Assembly (NCBI GenBank): GCA_964016885.1
Contig: OZ024740.1
Location: 160,890,001 to 160,954,000 of the forward strand
Source of the DNA: Eledone cirrhosa
Taxonomy: Eukaryota
Direction of reading: 5' to 3'
Length of the DNA stretch: 64,000 bases
Shown here: positions 39,800 through 54,775 of the stretch, one piece after another
How the letters are laid out: every line of letters begins with the position of its first letter
How positions within the stretch are numbered: position 1 is the first letter of the stretch
The notes under the pieces: model-generated
What the model was told of the DNA's origin: nothing
The model's database searches: none
What the model saw: only the letters and a program-made list of their open reading frames with translations
Translations under genes and position numbers: made by a program

Positions 39800-42284
39800 A
39801 CTGACAACCGTTTAACCAATGCACGCATGTAAATTAGACATTAAATTGTGATGATGATCATGATGATGATATATTTGTCCATAACTACTGATGCTTTGAA
39901 TTTTTGAATTTAAGAGGCATTTAGTTGTTTTTTCTTTGTTTTTATATTCAGTGAGCATAAAAGAAAGCAGAATGAAAACATTGCTTTGTCTTGTCTTCTA
40001 GTATAATTCCACTAGTACAGAAGCTATAGTTGTATTTAAGCAGTACTGACGGTGATGGTGATGGTAGTGATGGTGTTGGTCATGGTAATCATGGTGTTGG
40101 TGATAGCAGTGGTAATAGTGTATTCTATATAAAATGTACTATTAGAGTTTCTCAAAGAGAACAAATCTGACTTTCCCATATTAGAGAACTATGCAGATAT
40201 ATATATACAGACAAACAGATAAACAGACAGAAAGATAGATAGAGAGAAAATAAATAGATGTATGTAAATAAATACATAACAGGACCAAAAGGAAGCTTCA
40301 TAAATCATGTATCAAGAAAAGTATTATTATATAAAGTGACTATATAATTAGAGAATGCTCTCTCTCACTCTCTTCTTTTCTCTCTTTTTTCCACTCTTCT
40401 CTTCTCTCCCCCACCATGACTCTCTCTATGTATCTAGAAAATTGTTATCATGTAAAGTAGAGATATAATTAAGGAATTCTCTCCCCTCTTTTCTCTTCTC
40501 TTGTATTCCCTCATGCATCCCCTGTCTTTTTCTCTTATGATCTCCCCAACCCTTCTCACTCACTTTCTCTCTATATATTTCTCTCCCACTTTATGTAACT
40601 AGAAAACTGTCATGTAGAGTGAGTGTTAAACCTGGGAGTTTTCTTTCTTTGTCTCTCTTTCCTTTATTTCTCTCATTCTCTCTTTTTTTCACTATCTTCT
40701 CTTTTATCTCCTATTTTCTCATTCCCCTACTCACACTTCTCTCATCTTTTAATCATCTTTCTCTCATCCTCTTTCATTTCCTTTTTCTTTCTTTCACCCT
40801 CTCTCCTTTCTCTTACACTCCCTTCTCTCCCCTTCTCTCTTTTTTTTTCTCTAGCCACATATCTATCTATCATCTGTCTGCTTGTCTGCTGATCAACTGT
40901 AATGGGCAACATGCAGTTTAATTCCCGTGTTTTGGAGTTTAGGATAACCATAGAAATTTTACTATCTTCTTTTTAAAAGTGTGTAACTGAGAAAGAAAGA
41001 AGTGCAAGAGCAATGTGGGCAATTAGAATCCTGTCTCATCTATTATGGGAGATCAAAAATGTCACAACCTTATACACTGTTCAGTGGTTTCTAAGACATT
41101 TTTAATATTAGCCTACTTTAAATATGAGCTCTCACCTTTGGGGTATGGTATGTGTGATGAGAGAGGCAGGGTTTTGAAGTGTTGGTATAAATAGACTAAG
41201 AGTTGGGTAAAGTGCAGCACAAGATTTGAACAGAGATCGATATAGTAGTGTGTGTGTGTATCTCTGCCAGATGGTTAAGAGGTTTGCTTCAGACCCAATA
41301 GGTCACAGATTTAATCCCACTGCATCTTGGGCAAGTGAAATTTTCCATAACCAGATGGACCATATTTGTAATTCAAAGGGACATCCTTATCACTCACGGA
41401 TGGGTTCATCTACGAAAGTACCCACATCACTTAATAATAACAACAATAATAATAATGATTGGTGCACTGGGAGCAGTTAGTAGAAGGTTGGATGTATGAC
41501 TTGAGAAACTAGGAATTACCATCTGGATGGGATTGTTGTAGGAAACTGCCTAGAAACTGTTAGAAAGTTAAAGGAGTAGGTATGACTCAAATAACCTTTG
41601 GTCATTGGTTATGGCTCGCACTTTTGGTATAGTGTTGGTATAATATCTGCCAGAGCAAAAACATTAGGAATGAGGATGATAATAATGGTGGTGGTGGTGG
41701 TAGTAATATAAGTAGTAGTAAGGATTTCTTTTACTTGATACTGGGGCTAAAAACATTGAGGATAGTAAAATAAAAAGGGACAATGGGGATTTACATATAT
41801 AAGAGAGTACAAAAACAGATAAATGACAAATTAATAACAGAATTCCCTGATAGGGAGAGGCAGCACTCATGAGTGATTAAGGAACCCAACAGATTTGACA
41901 TTACTCCAATCACCAAGGGCACCATAAGCAAGCATTCCTTTCTACTCTATTCTCTCCAGCCTACATACACACTCAGCCCATTCTTCCTACATACACCCAG
42001 ATTTTATCAAATATACTGACAAGCTGTATTTCTATCTTCACCCTCACCTCCCTTTCCAAATAGAACTTATAAAAGTTAATGAGGGCTTGACTGAATATGG
42101 ATGTGTCTGTCTTCAGTCATTTCAGTCTCATCCACTATACAACTGGTTCTGCCATAGCCACCAGACAGAGAAAAACTAACTGCTCTGCATAGCCAAAAGG
42201 AGGTGGCATGGTGGTGAGGCAATCTTCATGATTTTAATCAAATCCTTCCTACACATGAAAACAGTAGTTAGACAAAACTCTGCA

Positions 42285-43300
42285 ATAATAATAATAATAA
42301 TACTTGTTTCTACATTTGGCACAAGGCCAGCAATTTGAAAGGAAAGGGAAGTGAAGTAAATTAACCCAGTGTATTAGTGGTGCTTATTTTATCGGCCCAT
42401 AGAAATGAAAGGCAAAGCTAACCTTGGCAGAATTTGAAATCAGAACATAAAGGCATATAACTATATGTACCAAAACATGTCCGATGCTCTGCCTATACTG
42501 CCAATCTACCATCCTATAATAATAATAATAATGGTTTCTGATTTAGACACAAGCACAATAATATTTGCGAGGAGGGGAAGTCAATTAAATTGACCCCAGT
42601 GCAGTACTTTAGTTTATCAGCCCCGCAAGGATGAAAGGCAAAGCTAACCTCTCTGGGATTTGAATTCAGAACGTAAAAAGTCATAACTATATAGCACAAA
42701 GCATGTTGTCTGACACTTTACTGATACTGCCAATCCACTACCTTTAAAAGTTGTAGACAGTGGTATAGTCGACAATATTGGCTTCATGATTTTTACTGGT
42801 ATTTTAACTTATCAACACTGGAGAAATGAAAAAATAAAATTAACTATGGGCTATATGAACTAAGACCATAACATGTCAACAGAAATACTGCTAAACATTC
42901 TGTTCCATGCTCTGACCATTCTGCCAACAATCTGCCAATAACCATAGTAATCATGATTTCTGATTTAGGTGCAAGGCCAACAATTTTAGAGTGATGGGAA
43001 AGTCAATTAAATCAATCCCAATGCATCGTTGGTGCTTTATTTTATCAACGTCATAAGGATGAAAAGCAAAGCTAACCCCAGCCTTGTCTTTCATCCTTAT
43101 GGGGTCGATAAAATAAAGTACCAGTAAGGCACTGGAGTCAATTTAATAGACTTTGTCCTCCCCTTCAAATTGCTGTCTTGTGTCAAATGTAGAAAAAAGA
43201 ATTATTATCATTATTAGAGCAGGGTATTGGCAGAATCATCAGGGCATGGTACAGAATGTCTACCAGTATTTCTGTTGACATACTACGTTCTTAGTTCAAA
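42285..43300. mobile_element. Array of about five (TAA)n-tailed SINE copies, the last inverted
   Basis: Repeated cacaagg..caattt..gggaagtc..cccag..ttttatc..atgaaag.caaagctaacc units separated by aat repeats. Orientation flips at ~43080. Confidence 0.75.
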
Positions 43301-44039
43301 TAATAATAATACACAAATCAATACAATTAGGGAGATATTATGAAGGACTCACTGAGATAATCAATTGTATTTCATTATTTAATTAAGAAGGCTTCCTACG
43401 TGTTGTCATTTGTCAAGTATTTCCAGCAATAAGCAGTAGCCGTTGCTCCTAGTCAGATCAATCACACACACAAACACATGCACACAGGCACACAGACACA
43501 CAGAGGCACACACACACACACACACATGAGCAAATGATATGGGGGACACTTGTTATCTTTAGTTTCAGTGAACATCCATCAACACAATCAATTATATTGC
43601 TCCAATTTACCCCTCATACCACTAACTCCCTGACTCTCTCTCTCCCTCTGATCCTCTCCCTCTCTCTCTGCTCTCAACCTCTCTCTGCTCTCAACCCCTC
43701 TCTCTTATCTCAACCTCTCTCTGATTCTCTCCCTCTCTCTCTTCTCTCAACTGCTCTCTCTTCTTTCAACCTCTCTCTCTTCTCTCAAAAACCTCTCTCT
43801 CTTCTCTCAACTACTCTCTCTCTTCTTTCAACCCCTCTTTCTTCTCTCAATCTCTCTTTCTTCGCTCAATCTCTCGCTTTCTCTCATACATAATTGGTTA
43901 ATTATTCACATTGCACTCCAACAATTAATATTCTTATTTAACCCTCTCTCTGTCCACTCTCAAAGTTTCTCTCTCTTTTGCTCACTCTGTCTGTTCTCAT
44001 CTCATTTTCTTTATCTCACACATATATATATATATATCT

Positions 44040-44212
44040 TGAAGTTGTGAGTTCGATTCCCGGATCGGGCAATGCGTTATGTCCTTTAGCAAGACACTTT
44101 ATTTCACGTTGCTCCTTCTAACTGGAGTTGTGACCAATAGATAGTATTAGCAATTGGAAAGACCAATGGAAACATTGTTTCCTCGGTCCGATTTGACGAA
44201 AGTCGATCGATC
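44040..44212 (+). mobile_element. 5'-truncated SINE copy
   Basis: High identity to 10680-10850. Confidence 0.85.
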
Positions 44213-44878
44213 CTATATATATATTTGAATAAGATCTCAACACAAATGCATGCTACCTAAGGTTTCAAACTTTAACCAGGATAGAACAGACATTTCATAT
44301 CTGCTTGTTTAGTTATCTTCAGGCAAAAGATCAGCTATTCATTTTTGTCTTGGACTTCACATCTGAGAAGCGTAATAGCCCTAAAATATCATACTAAAAT
44401 ACACTGGGTAAAACATTACATGATTTTATATCATTTGTCATCATTTGCCCTTCGTATTTTTCTACTGCCTTTTACCAGCTTAAAAAAAAATCAGTCTTTT
44501 ACTACACACACATATATATAGTGAGAGAGAGCTAGTTCCACAGCAAATTATCAAATCATAATGCCAAACTTTTCTTTTAGACTGAGTGCCCAACCTCCCC
44601 TTTTTTTACCACAGTATATATATATATATATATTTTAATTTTAATTATATCTCATATAACATAATACAACTGGCTTTCCACAAAATACATATAGTTAGCA
44701 CCCCAAACACAAAATTGGGATTATACTAAAGTATATCCTAATGTTTGTTGAGTGAGATGGTAGCCAGTCAGAGTTTAGCTTAAAGCTATCTCTGTTATTG
44801 TATTAAATATATATATATATATATATATTTCTTTCTTTAGAAATATATATTTCCTTAGAAATACGAAATTTCTATACA

Positions 44879-45230
44879 TCTTTCTATATATAAAAGCGAG
44901 GATGTGTGTGTGTCTGTACAATTTTGCATACTTAAGGCTTTTACAATTACCAACTGTTTCACCAAATTTTCTGTGCACGTTGCCCAGGTCGCTAAGATTG
45001 TCACATCACAAACATTTTACAAATCGACCCACGTTGAGCAATAAAAAATCGATATCAAAATTATCAGTAGCAAAATTGATGTAAGGGAGATAACCAACTT
45101 TATTGACAATCCTTATAAAGAGACTGCTTATTTTGACAGGTTGTGGACAAATAATGTTCTTCTTTTACTTCCTAGCTGTATATTCTTAGCGTAATTTCAA
45201 ACCCCGAGCAACGCCGGGTAAATCTGCTAG
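44879..45230 (+). mobile_element. Non-autonomous Helitron (~352 bp)
   Basis: 5' TC, subterminal hairpin cccgagcaacgccggg, 3' CTAG, inserted between A and T with no TSD. The empty site survives in the duplicate at 45507-45526. Confidence 0.85.
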
Positions 45231-45553
45231 TATTGTATAAATCTATGCTTGAAGCGAAATCTTATTTCTTTTTTATTATAAGTTGAGCCAACTTATGCAG
45301 CTTCATATGCAAATGAGATTAATCACCTCATTTACACAGAGTGAAAACAAGCAGTAGCAAGCGGTGGGAGGGACCGTCCCGACGAAGACCAGTCAAGCCT
45401 GAAATGCATAGACGATTGTCCCCTTGCTTCTGCTGGACACCACCAGAGGGCATTAGCCCCGGCGTTTGCATAGCTACGGCTTCCTAAAACCGTATTTCTT
45501 TAGAAATTTCTATGCATATTGTATAAAGCTATGCTTGACACGAAATCTTATTT

Positions 45554-45556
<3 letters not shown>
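45231..45556 (+). mobile_element. Small HHR-containing unit with direct terminal repeats (retrozyme/pLTR-like, ~286-nt period)
   Basis: tattgtataaa.ctatgcttga..cgaaatcttatttctt at 45231 and 45517, with an HHR between them. Ends in (TA)n. Confidence 0.65.
45375..45414 (+). ncRNA. Minimal type I hammerhead motif, C4 variant
   Basis: cgtc-CCGACGA-agac.cagtcaa.gcct-GAAAT-gc-ATA-gacg. Perfect stem I and palindromic ATGCAT. Confidence 0.7.
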
Positions 45557-45636
<80 letters not shown>

Positions 45637-46778
45637 GCTCTTTATATAAACTATATAGAGGCAGCTTTGTCACAATCGTGAGGTTCCAATCCCAGATCAT
45701 GACATTCTAGGCAAATGTCTTTTAACATAGAATCAGGACCCATGCATTCAAGCCTTGTGGGTGAAATTGTTTAGACAGAAATTGTTTAGAGATATTTTGT
45801 ACTAGAAATCCAAAAATAATTCTTGCCATACTGTGTCACACTGAATCCACATGCGTATTAGGTGTAGGGTTCACATATTTGTAGAATACCCTGCCATCTT
45901 CTATTTGAATTCAATGAGTAGGTCATTCATGTACTGGAATAACTTGCTAATCTTATGATGTTTTTGACAGGATAACCGAACATCAATCTTTTTATACATG
46001 TATGTGTAGTAGTGTAGGCATGTGGCTTAGTGGCTAGAGTTTTCAACTCACAACTGTAAGGTCAGGAATTTGATTCCCAGTGTTGCCTTTTGTTCGTGGG
46101 CAAAACACTTTATTTCATCTTGCTCCAGTTCATTCAGCTTGAAAAAATGAGTTGTGCTTGCATTTCAAAGGGCCAGTGTTGCCATACATTGTATCACTGA
46201 GAACTATGTTAAAAGGTGCAACTGATTGTGTAATGCTCAGCCAGCTGTTTGTTAATTCCATGCAGAAAGAGTTCCATTATTCAAACAAGTGGCATGCTCA
46301 TTGCCAGAACCAGTGGTGGTCCAATACAGACATAACAGCTTATAACTTTCAACATTTAATCTCGTTGATGACTATAATAATGATGCAGGTGTCTGAGGAA
46401 AGTTCAGCCACTTACACATTAATTTCACAAGCAGACAGTTTTGTTTTTTGAGCATCTGGAACACTCATTCTCAGAACCAATAGAGGGCTAACACTATCAT
46501 ATGTATATGTAGTTATGCATGTAAATATATGTATCTTACAATGTAGTTGTTTGTCTGTCAGAACAAAAATAAAAGAACAACAACATTAGATAAAGGAATT
46601 GAATGCAGTGGAGCAGAATAAATATAATTTTTATTTATATGCTCACAAGTGTACACTTGTTCTACTATGGAAAGAAACGAGTGTACACCTGTGAGCATTT
46701 TAGAATTATGTGTGTGTATGCTTATATCAATATATATATATATATATATACATACATATATACATATATATATATATG

Positions 46779-46921
46779 TCAGTCAATGGCAACATTGAGG
46801 ACCGAGTAAGTTAGATCGCAGATGTAATAAAAGACAGCGAGAAGCGAAAACCAACCAAACAGTGAGTGTGTTCTGTTATTAATTCTGGCAATATTACACA
46901 AATATGACCCTCCCCAAGTAT

Positions 46922-46928
<7 letters not shown>
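46779..46928 (+). mobile_element. Solo 3' end of the 32561-35017 PLE family
   Basis: Reverse-complement similarity to 32605-32757. TA on both sides. Confidence 0.65.
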
Positions 46929-46994
<66 letters not shown>

Positions 46995-48930
46995 CATACA
47001 CATACATATGTATACATATATATACATGTATGCATGTATATATGTACATGTGTGTATATATGTGTATATATATATATATAACCTATTTTGCATCAAATAT
47101 GTAAATACACATATTTGCAATATAGTCATATATGTATACTAAAATTAAAACATGTCTACTGTTCATACATGTTACATACTCACACAGAAAGGCAGAGAAA
47201 ACAACTGTTGTAGAATATTGATTTAATAATAGAGTAAAGAACCCCTTAACCTAAAGTAACTTCTTAACACTTGTCAATACAAACAGCATCAAATATTGGT
47301 AAAATTCAATTGAACATGAATATAGAACTACTTGATTGTCTATTCAGTCATGTGAAATAACTAGTAATGGATTGTATGAAAGGAATACCATTAAGGTAAC
47401 AAGAGTTGTGTAAATATTATATAAAGTATGTAATAGGTTCTGGCATGGAGGTGTGGATAATATGTTTCGTAAATCACGTGGTTTTGGGATCACTTACAAT
47501 ATCTTCATCATCATTGTCATCGTCAACATCCTCAGCATGAACATCAACTACTACTACTACTACTGCTACTACTACTACTACTACTACTAGTAGTAGTAGT
47601 AGTAGTAATGAATACTGACACCTTGGGCAAGTATCTTCCACTATCACTCTAAGCTGTGAGTGAATGTAGTAGACGGAACTTGTAGGGAATCCCACCATTT
47701 TGACACAATAGAAATGTTACTGCAGTAGTCTGACAAATGTTAGTGGTATCATCATTATTATCATCATCATCGTTTAACGTCCATCTTCCATGCTAGCATG
47801 GGTTTAAAGATAAAGTGTCCTTAAATTCTGATTGAGTTGTAGAGGTGCCATCATGATATGCAGTGTTTGGTATTTTAAACCTGATGGTGCATACACCTCT
47901 TCAGGTCAAAACATACTGATTTCTTCCAGAGAGCGGAGAGATAGGGCGAAATAATTGAGGGAGAAATTATGAAGGGCAAAGTTGACCTTGGCAGAATTTG
48001 AACACGGAACACAGAGAGCTTGAACAAATACTGGTGCATTTGTAATCCAATGCCCTAACAACAGTGCCAACTTGCTGCCTTCAATGGTATATATATGCCA
48101 TACTTAAACTGTGGTATGAGTTTGTGTCAGGAAGAGTCTCCAGCCATCAAATACCCCATCCCAGAAAGTCTCATCTGACCAATGCAAATAAGGAAAAGAA
48201 ATGGACATTGATATGATGATGCTAATGTTTCTGAAATGCAAATAAAATTTGTGAAGAAGGATTTGCCACAAATTACATATTAGTTTGTTAAATGTTGGTA
48301 ATTGGCTTCATTTATTAATCACAGTTGCATAACTAATTGCATGCAAACAAAATTGAGTCAAAACACATCAGAAGTTTGAAACTTTTCTAAATGAATTTGT
48401 GACATTTTGTAATTGACAGCATTCATTAACAAGCAGTTACAGTAGGAGTGGTGGTGGTTGTTAATGATGTGTATGATGATGATGATGTTTGTTGTTGTTC
48501 CCAGGTTTAGCCCACTATCGCAGAAAGCCTATCATCAAAGATGAAATCGTCTTTCTTTCCTTTAGACATAGTGCATTAATATGCCTTTATTATCTTACTT
48601 GTTTCAATCAGTAGACTACTGTTATGTTGTAACACAGCCTTGATTTAGTCAATAGTATAGACTCCTGTACTTATTTTTCCAATGTATTTTTGCTGAACCA
48701 TTAATTTATGGGGCATAAAAGCAGACAAAAATGTAATCACAGATATGAATATGTAATACACACACACATATATATATATCTAGATATCTATATAAGTAGA
48801 AGTGGTATTTAATTTGTTGGAAGTCCGACAAACATAAATGTTTATAACTGATGTAGAGCACTCAACCGGTTACTGGAGTAAATATTCAATGATATTAAAT
48901 AAATGGAAACTATATTTGTAAAACCATATT

Positions 48931-48995
48931 TATTTTATTATATATATTTCAAGGGTAACCAGGACAACATTGGTATGCTTTCATCAGATAAAATA
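48931..48995 (-). ncRNA. Type I hammerhead ribozyme (left-arm copy)
   Basis: tattttat-CTGATGA-aagcatacca..tggttaccctt-GAAAT-atat-ATA-ataaaata, with an 8-bp stem I. Confidence 0.7.
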
Positions 48996-50980
48996 CAAAG
49001 ATTGTTTTATAAATAGAGACATACCCATGAAAATCATACCTTATCGGTTGGAAATTCACTGGATAGTGGAAATATATTAGGGATTATTCAAACTTATGTG
49101 TGAATATGCAAATGAATATGTAAATATTTGAAAAACAACCGTTTATTTAAAGGACACTGGAGAAAGAGAGAGAGAAAAAATATAAGTGGATAAAGATAAA
49201 AATATTACGAGAGAAATAGAGAGAAGAAATTAACAAGAGGATGAATAAAACTCATAAAACGTTAATTTTGGGGAAATATATTCTAAGTATATATCTAATA
49301 GTACGTGTATTTACGATTAATTAGTTGTTTAAAATTCTTTTCTAATATAATATTTTCTGTTAAAATTAGATAGAAAAATAGATAGAAAAATAAATAAATA
49401 AATAAATAGATAAATAGATAAATAAATGAATAGATGGGTATATCGTGTTATAGATAATTGTTTTAATGAGTTATGAGGGATATTGGTTTTGTATTTAATG
49501 TAAGTAAATATTAAGTTAAATCAAATTAAGTTAACTGAGTTAATAAGAATATTTATATTTATATATTTTAAAATGGGAAGACACGGAAAAAACTCCAGTT
49601 TTGTTTATTTATTCATTAATTTGAGACTATTTTGTCAAAATAAGTATAAATGTTGAAAGATATTTTTATCCAGAATTAGTTAGTCGTTATAAATCTAATA
49701 AAACATATTGAAAAAATATTAAAAATTCGAGAAAATTTTTTTTAAAATAATTTATAAGAGATAAGTAATTTTTAAAAAATAAGTAATTAAAAAAAAAAAA
49801 AAATTAAAGAATTAAAACTTATTAAGATTAAAATTACACTTAAAATTACAATTAAAATTAAAATTTAAAAAAATTAGAATTATATATGTATATATTTTAT
49901 GAAACTTTAAGAAGTGAATTTATAGCAAATGTTATAGATATGATTTAGAGATATCAAATATATTGATATCTCTAAATCATATCTATAACATTTGCTATAA
50001 ATTCACTTCTTAAAGTTTCATAAAATATATACATATATAATTCTAATTTTTTTTTTATTTTAATTTTAATTTTAATTTTAATTTTAATTTTAATTTTAAT
50101 TTTAATTGTAATTTTAATCTTAATAATTTTTAATTCTTTATTTTTTATTTCTTTAATTTTTTATCTATTTTTAAAAATTACTTATCTCTTATAAATTATT
50201 ATTTTTTTTAATTTTCTCGAATTTTTAATATTTTTTCAATATGTTTTATTAGATTTATAACGACTAACTAATTCTGGCTAAAAATATCTTTCAACATTTA
50301 TACTTATTTTGACAAAATAGTCTCAAACTAATGAATAAATAAACAAAACTGGAGTTTTTTCCGTGTCTTCCCATTTTAAAATATATAAATATAAATATTC
50401 TTATTAACTCAGTTAACTTAATTTGATTTAACTTAATATTTACTTACATTAAATACAAAACCAATATCCCTCATAACTCATTAAAACAATTATCTATAAC
50501 ACGATATACCCATCTATTCATTTATTTATCTATTATCTATTTATTTATTTATTTATTTATTTATTTATTTTCTATCTATTTTTCTATTTATTTTTCTATC
50601 TACTTATAACAGAAAATATTATATTAGAAAAGAATTTTAAACAACTAATTAATCGTAAATACACGTACTATTTGATATATACTTAGAATATATTTCCCCA
50701 AAATTAACGTTTTATGAGTTTTATTCATCCTCTTGTTAATTTCTTCTCTCTATTTCTCTCGTAATATTTTTTATCTTTATCCACTTTTCTCTTTATTTTT
50801 TCTCTCTCTCTTTCTCCAGTGTCCTTTAAATAAACGGTTGTTTTTCAAATATTTACATATTCATTTGCATATTCACACATAAGTTTGAATAATCCCTAAT
50901 ATATTTCCACTATCCAGTGAATTTCCAACCGATAAGGTATGATTTTCATGGGTATGTCTCTATTTATAAAACAATCTTTG

Positions 50981-51045
50981 TACTTTATCTGATGAAAGCG
51001 TACCAATGTTGTCTTGGTTACCCTTGAAATATATATAATAAAATA
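50981..51045 (+). ncRNA. Type I hammerhead ribozyme (right-arm copy)
   Basis: ttat-CTGATGA-aagcgtacca..tggttaccctt-GAAAT-atat-ATA-ataa. Confidence 0.7.
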
Positions 51046-51084
51046 AATATGGTTTTACAAATATAGTTTCCATTTATTTAATAT

Positions 51085-51194
<110 letters not shown>

Positions 51195-54100
51195 AGAGAT
51201 GTGTTGTGTGTGTGTGTGTGCTGGTCTACAGTTTCCATCTACCAAATTCCACTCACAAGACATTGATCAAACCAAGGCTATTTTAGAATACTCTTACCAA
51301 ATTGGCTGCGAATCAAACTCTTTAATCACTTAGCCATATATTTTGTATTGCAATTGGTACACAATGACATCATTGGTTACAGTTTTCCAGTCACCCTCTC
51401 ACTAGTCACAGCATTTCCTATTGTAAGATTAACAAAGGACTGTATGCAACTTGGTGCAGAACAAATACCGCAAGGAACATTTTCGTTATTTTTCTTTTTG
51501 AGGTTTTTGTTTTCTCATTGATGGTTACACACACACACATCTATGATGACCTTTCACAGCACAGAGTTTCTGTCTACCAAATTCCATTCACAAGTTATTG
51601 GTCATCCCAAATCTCTAGTAAAAAACACTTGCTTAATGAACTACACATTGACATCAAATCCAGTAATACATAGTTTCAAAACAAAGTTCTTAACAACACA
51701 ACAATGCCTGGACTCTTGAAATACACCATCGAATGTGTCTTATCGTTTTAAATATTTTAGACTAACTTTTTAGGGATATTTGGCTGCTATTTTTGCCAGG
51801 CTGAACAACTATGTTTGATACATTATTGCATTACATTAGAAGGAAAAACGTTTGAGCTATTAAAAATAAAGACATTGGAAAATATGTGGTATACCCTGTA
51901 ACATGTTAGTTTTGCTGGCACTCTGAAAATGTGTAGTGCTGGTGCCACTTTGTAGGGTGGTTGGTTTTAGGAAGGGCATCCAGCCATGGAACCCATGCCA
52001 AATAGGGTATATATGGGCAAAATTAGATCGTTCCAGCCTGTCTGGACTCAGATCATGACAACTCGTACAACTCATATCAGTGTTGAAAGTGGACATACGA
52101 TGATGATAATGAAACTGCAAGTAGTCGTGAAGACCAATTTAGAGATTTAGGTTAAACAGTCAAGAAGTCTACTTTGAAATTATAAAGTTCCAAGCTCATT
52201 TCTACTGTGAGCATATATTAGAATGTGATGAGATATTTGTCCTGGCTCTCTAGGTTCTGAATTCAATTCCTGTCTAGATCCAGTTTGGCCATTCATCCCT
52301 TTGGTATTAACAAAAATGTATCAGTCCAATACTGATGGAGCCCTCTCATCCACTAGATTTCACTTACTGATTGTTCTTTGCTGGGTCAGGTCTAAGAGGG
52401 TCAAGAAGCTGTCTGTCTTCTCCTGGCTAGATAACCATCTAAAACTCATAGCAAAACCATGATACATGCTACCATATCATCATCGGTTGCATGTGATGGC
52501 TGTAGTTTACACCTTGAATCCATTGGCCAAAACTGTTTAACTATATCCCATTAGCCTGCAATTCCATTCTGACATTCACTTTTATTTACTATTGTTATTT
52601 ACATCAATCAGAAATAGTTCTACATTGTTGATTTAACCTGAGTTCTTCTGAAACGTATTGCTGTGATTTTTATCAAGTTCATTTGAGACATCATTTATAA
52701 TTTTTTTATTTTTCAAGTGTAATTGAAAAATATTAATTTTTAATGATTTTCATGCAAACACCTAGGGTTCTAAACAACACACAGGGTTAAATCTGCAGAA
52801 TGACCCATTCACTTACAATTTAATCTAATGAGCAGGTAGATTTGAACAACTGAAATATTTGTTGTTTAATTTAATAGAGTATCATTCATTTATTTACACA
52901 AATAAAAGTTGATCATCTTTAATCTTGGTCAAAGACACAAAACAAACAGCTAAAGAAAAAGAATTATCATAGTTAAATTGCTGCTGCATCAGTTAATATC
53001 TGAAGAAATGGTTATTACATATTTATAGTTTCTGCCAAAGAAAATATTTTTTTTTAAATGTTAAACTAAATTTCATCATGTTTGGACAAAAAGTAATCAA
53101 TTTTTTAATCAAAATCCGGAAATTATCCCATATTAAAATTCAGATTAAAATATTTTTGCATGATAAATGTATCTTTTTGTTTTTAAGAAACATTAATTAA
53201 TGAATATAAAATTCCTAATTTGTCTCATTTATTCATTATACATGTATAATATTTCAGCAGAAATACTGGCTTTTAAGTTAGAGTTTAAGCACTGTATCTC
53301 ATTATTGTTTGTGTCTAGGGAAGATAATTTTTTCCTGAAATTTAACGGACAAAGACTGTTTGATAATAAATTTAAATAACATAATATTTTAAACAACAAA
53401 AGGACAAGTTAAGCAATTTTGCATTTGATATTTTCTAATTTACTCAAGCATGGCTGTGTGGCTAAGATGTTTGATTCACAATCACACAGTTGAAGGTTTA
53501 ATTCTATAAGCATCTTTGCCAAGGGCTGTCTCACTTAGGCTTTGTATAACCTATGACTAGTGACTGGAACTTAGCAGACAGAAACTGTGTAGATCACAGG
53601 ATGAACTATATCTGTTGTTAGGTAACAGATATAGTAATTGCTCACCCAGTATAACATAACCACATGGTTCTTTTGTACCTTTAACACTATGATTTCCACT
53701 TTTTTCCAAAATGCTAATCTGAAACACTGCTGGTTCCCAAAATTTACCCTAATGGCTATAATCAAACATAAAATAAATATAAACAAGTTTTTCTACCTAT
53801 AAACAGAAATTGTATATTAATGTGATAAAAATATTAATCTATAATAGTAAATGCAAATTTCTGTATATGCATCTGCATTACTTTCTCTCTTTTGCATATA
53901 AAGTATTGGACTTTAGTAATAAATTAATAAACTACAAAATCAAATATGCCATTGTAAATTCATATCGTTTTCCCATCACGAAATAATTTTTGCCAGTTAA
54001 TTAAAGTGTTTCATAATACCTCACACTCATAGAATAGTGGCTATGGGGGTTTATGAGAATGAAAAAAAAAAACTGTTTTACTCGAAAATCAGAACAAGTT

Positions 54101-54419
54101 AAAATCTCATCAAAGGTTCTGAGCCGGGTTGTTTCAATCATGTCTCTGCTTATTATTCGTTCATATCCCACCTTTGCTTATTATGTTCAGGGTCACATTT
54201 TTGTCAAAAATAATGTCATTGTATTGAATTAAATAGGCCACAAGATGAAATATGTTGGTGCAAGCTCATATCATTTGTATGTCAAAAATGTAGTTTTCCC
54301 TTTTCATACATTTAAAACAAGATACAGTGATAGATACATTATGAAACATGATTATATACTCACACTTGCAGAAAACCACATAGAGAATGGTATTTCTGCT
54401 GATGATATATATATAGTAG

Positions 54420-54775
54420 AATATGATCATAAAATACATGCTGTCGAAATGGAGTTCATCCGAATGTTCTTCGGAATCTTACTTCATAGAGAGCATAGCT
54501 CAAAGATCAGAGAGACATTCCATGCTGAGCCACTACTTCTCAAAATTCAGAGATCACAGCACTGATATTATGGTTAGAATGTCTCAGGAAAGAATTGCTG
54601 GACCCAGGCATAATCCTAAGCAAGAGAGCTGGATAACATCTATGAACTCAGCTGGTCTGGGGATCCTGTCAGATCAAATGGAGATGTTTGCTTCTGACAG
54701 GACTCACTGAAAGATGCATTTCAGGACTCTGCCTCTACAACCCTCCCAGAAATAAATAGGTGAAGAAGCAGAAGA
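54420..54775 (+). mobile_element. RTE LINE 3' remnant
   Basis: KIHAVEMEFIRM..EPLLLKIQRSQ..VRMSQERIA and a gaagaag tail. Related to 17086-17475. Confidence 0.6.
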
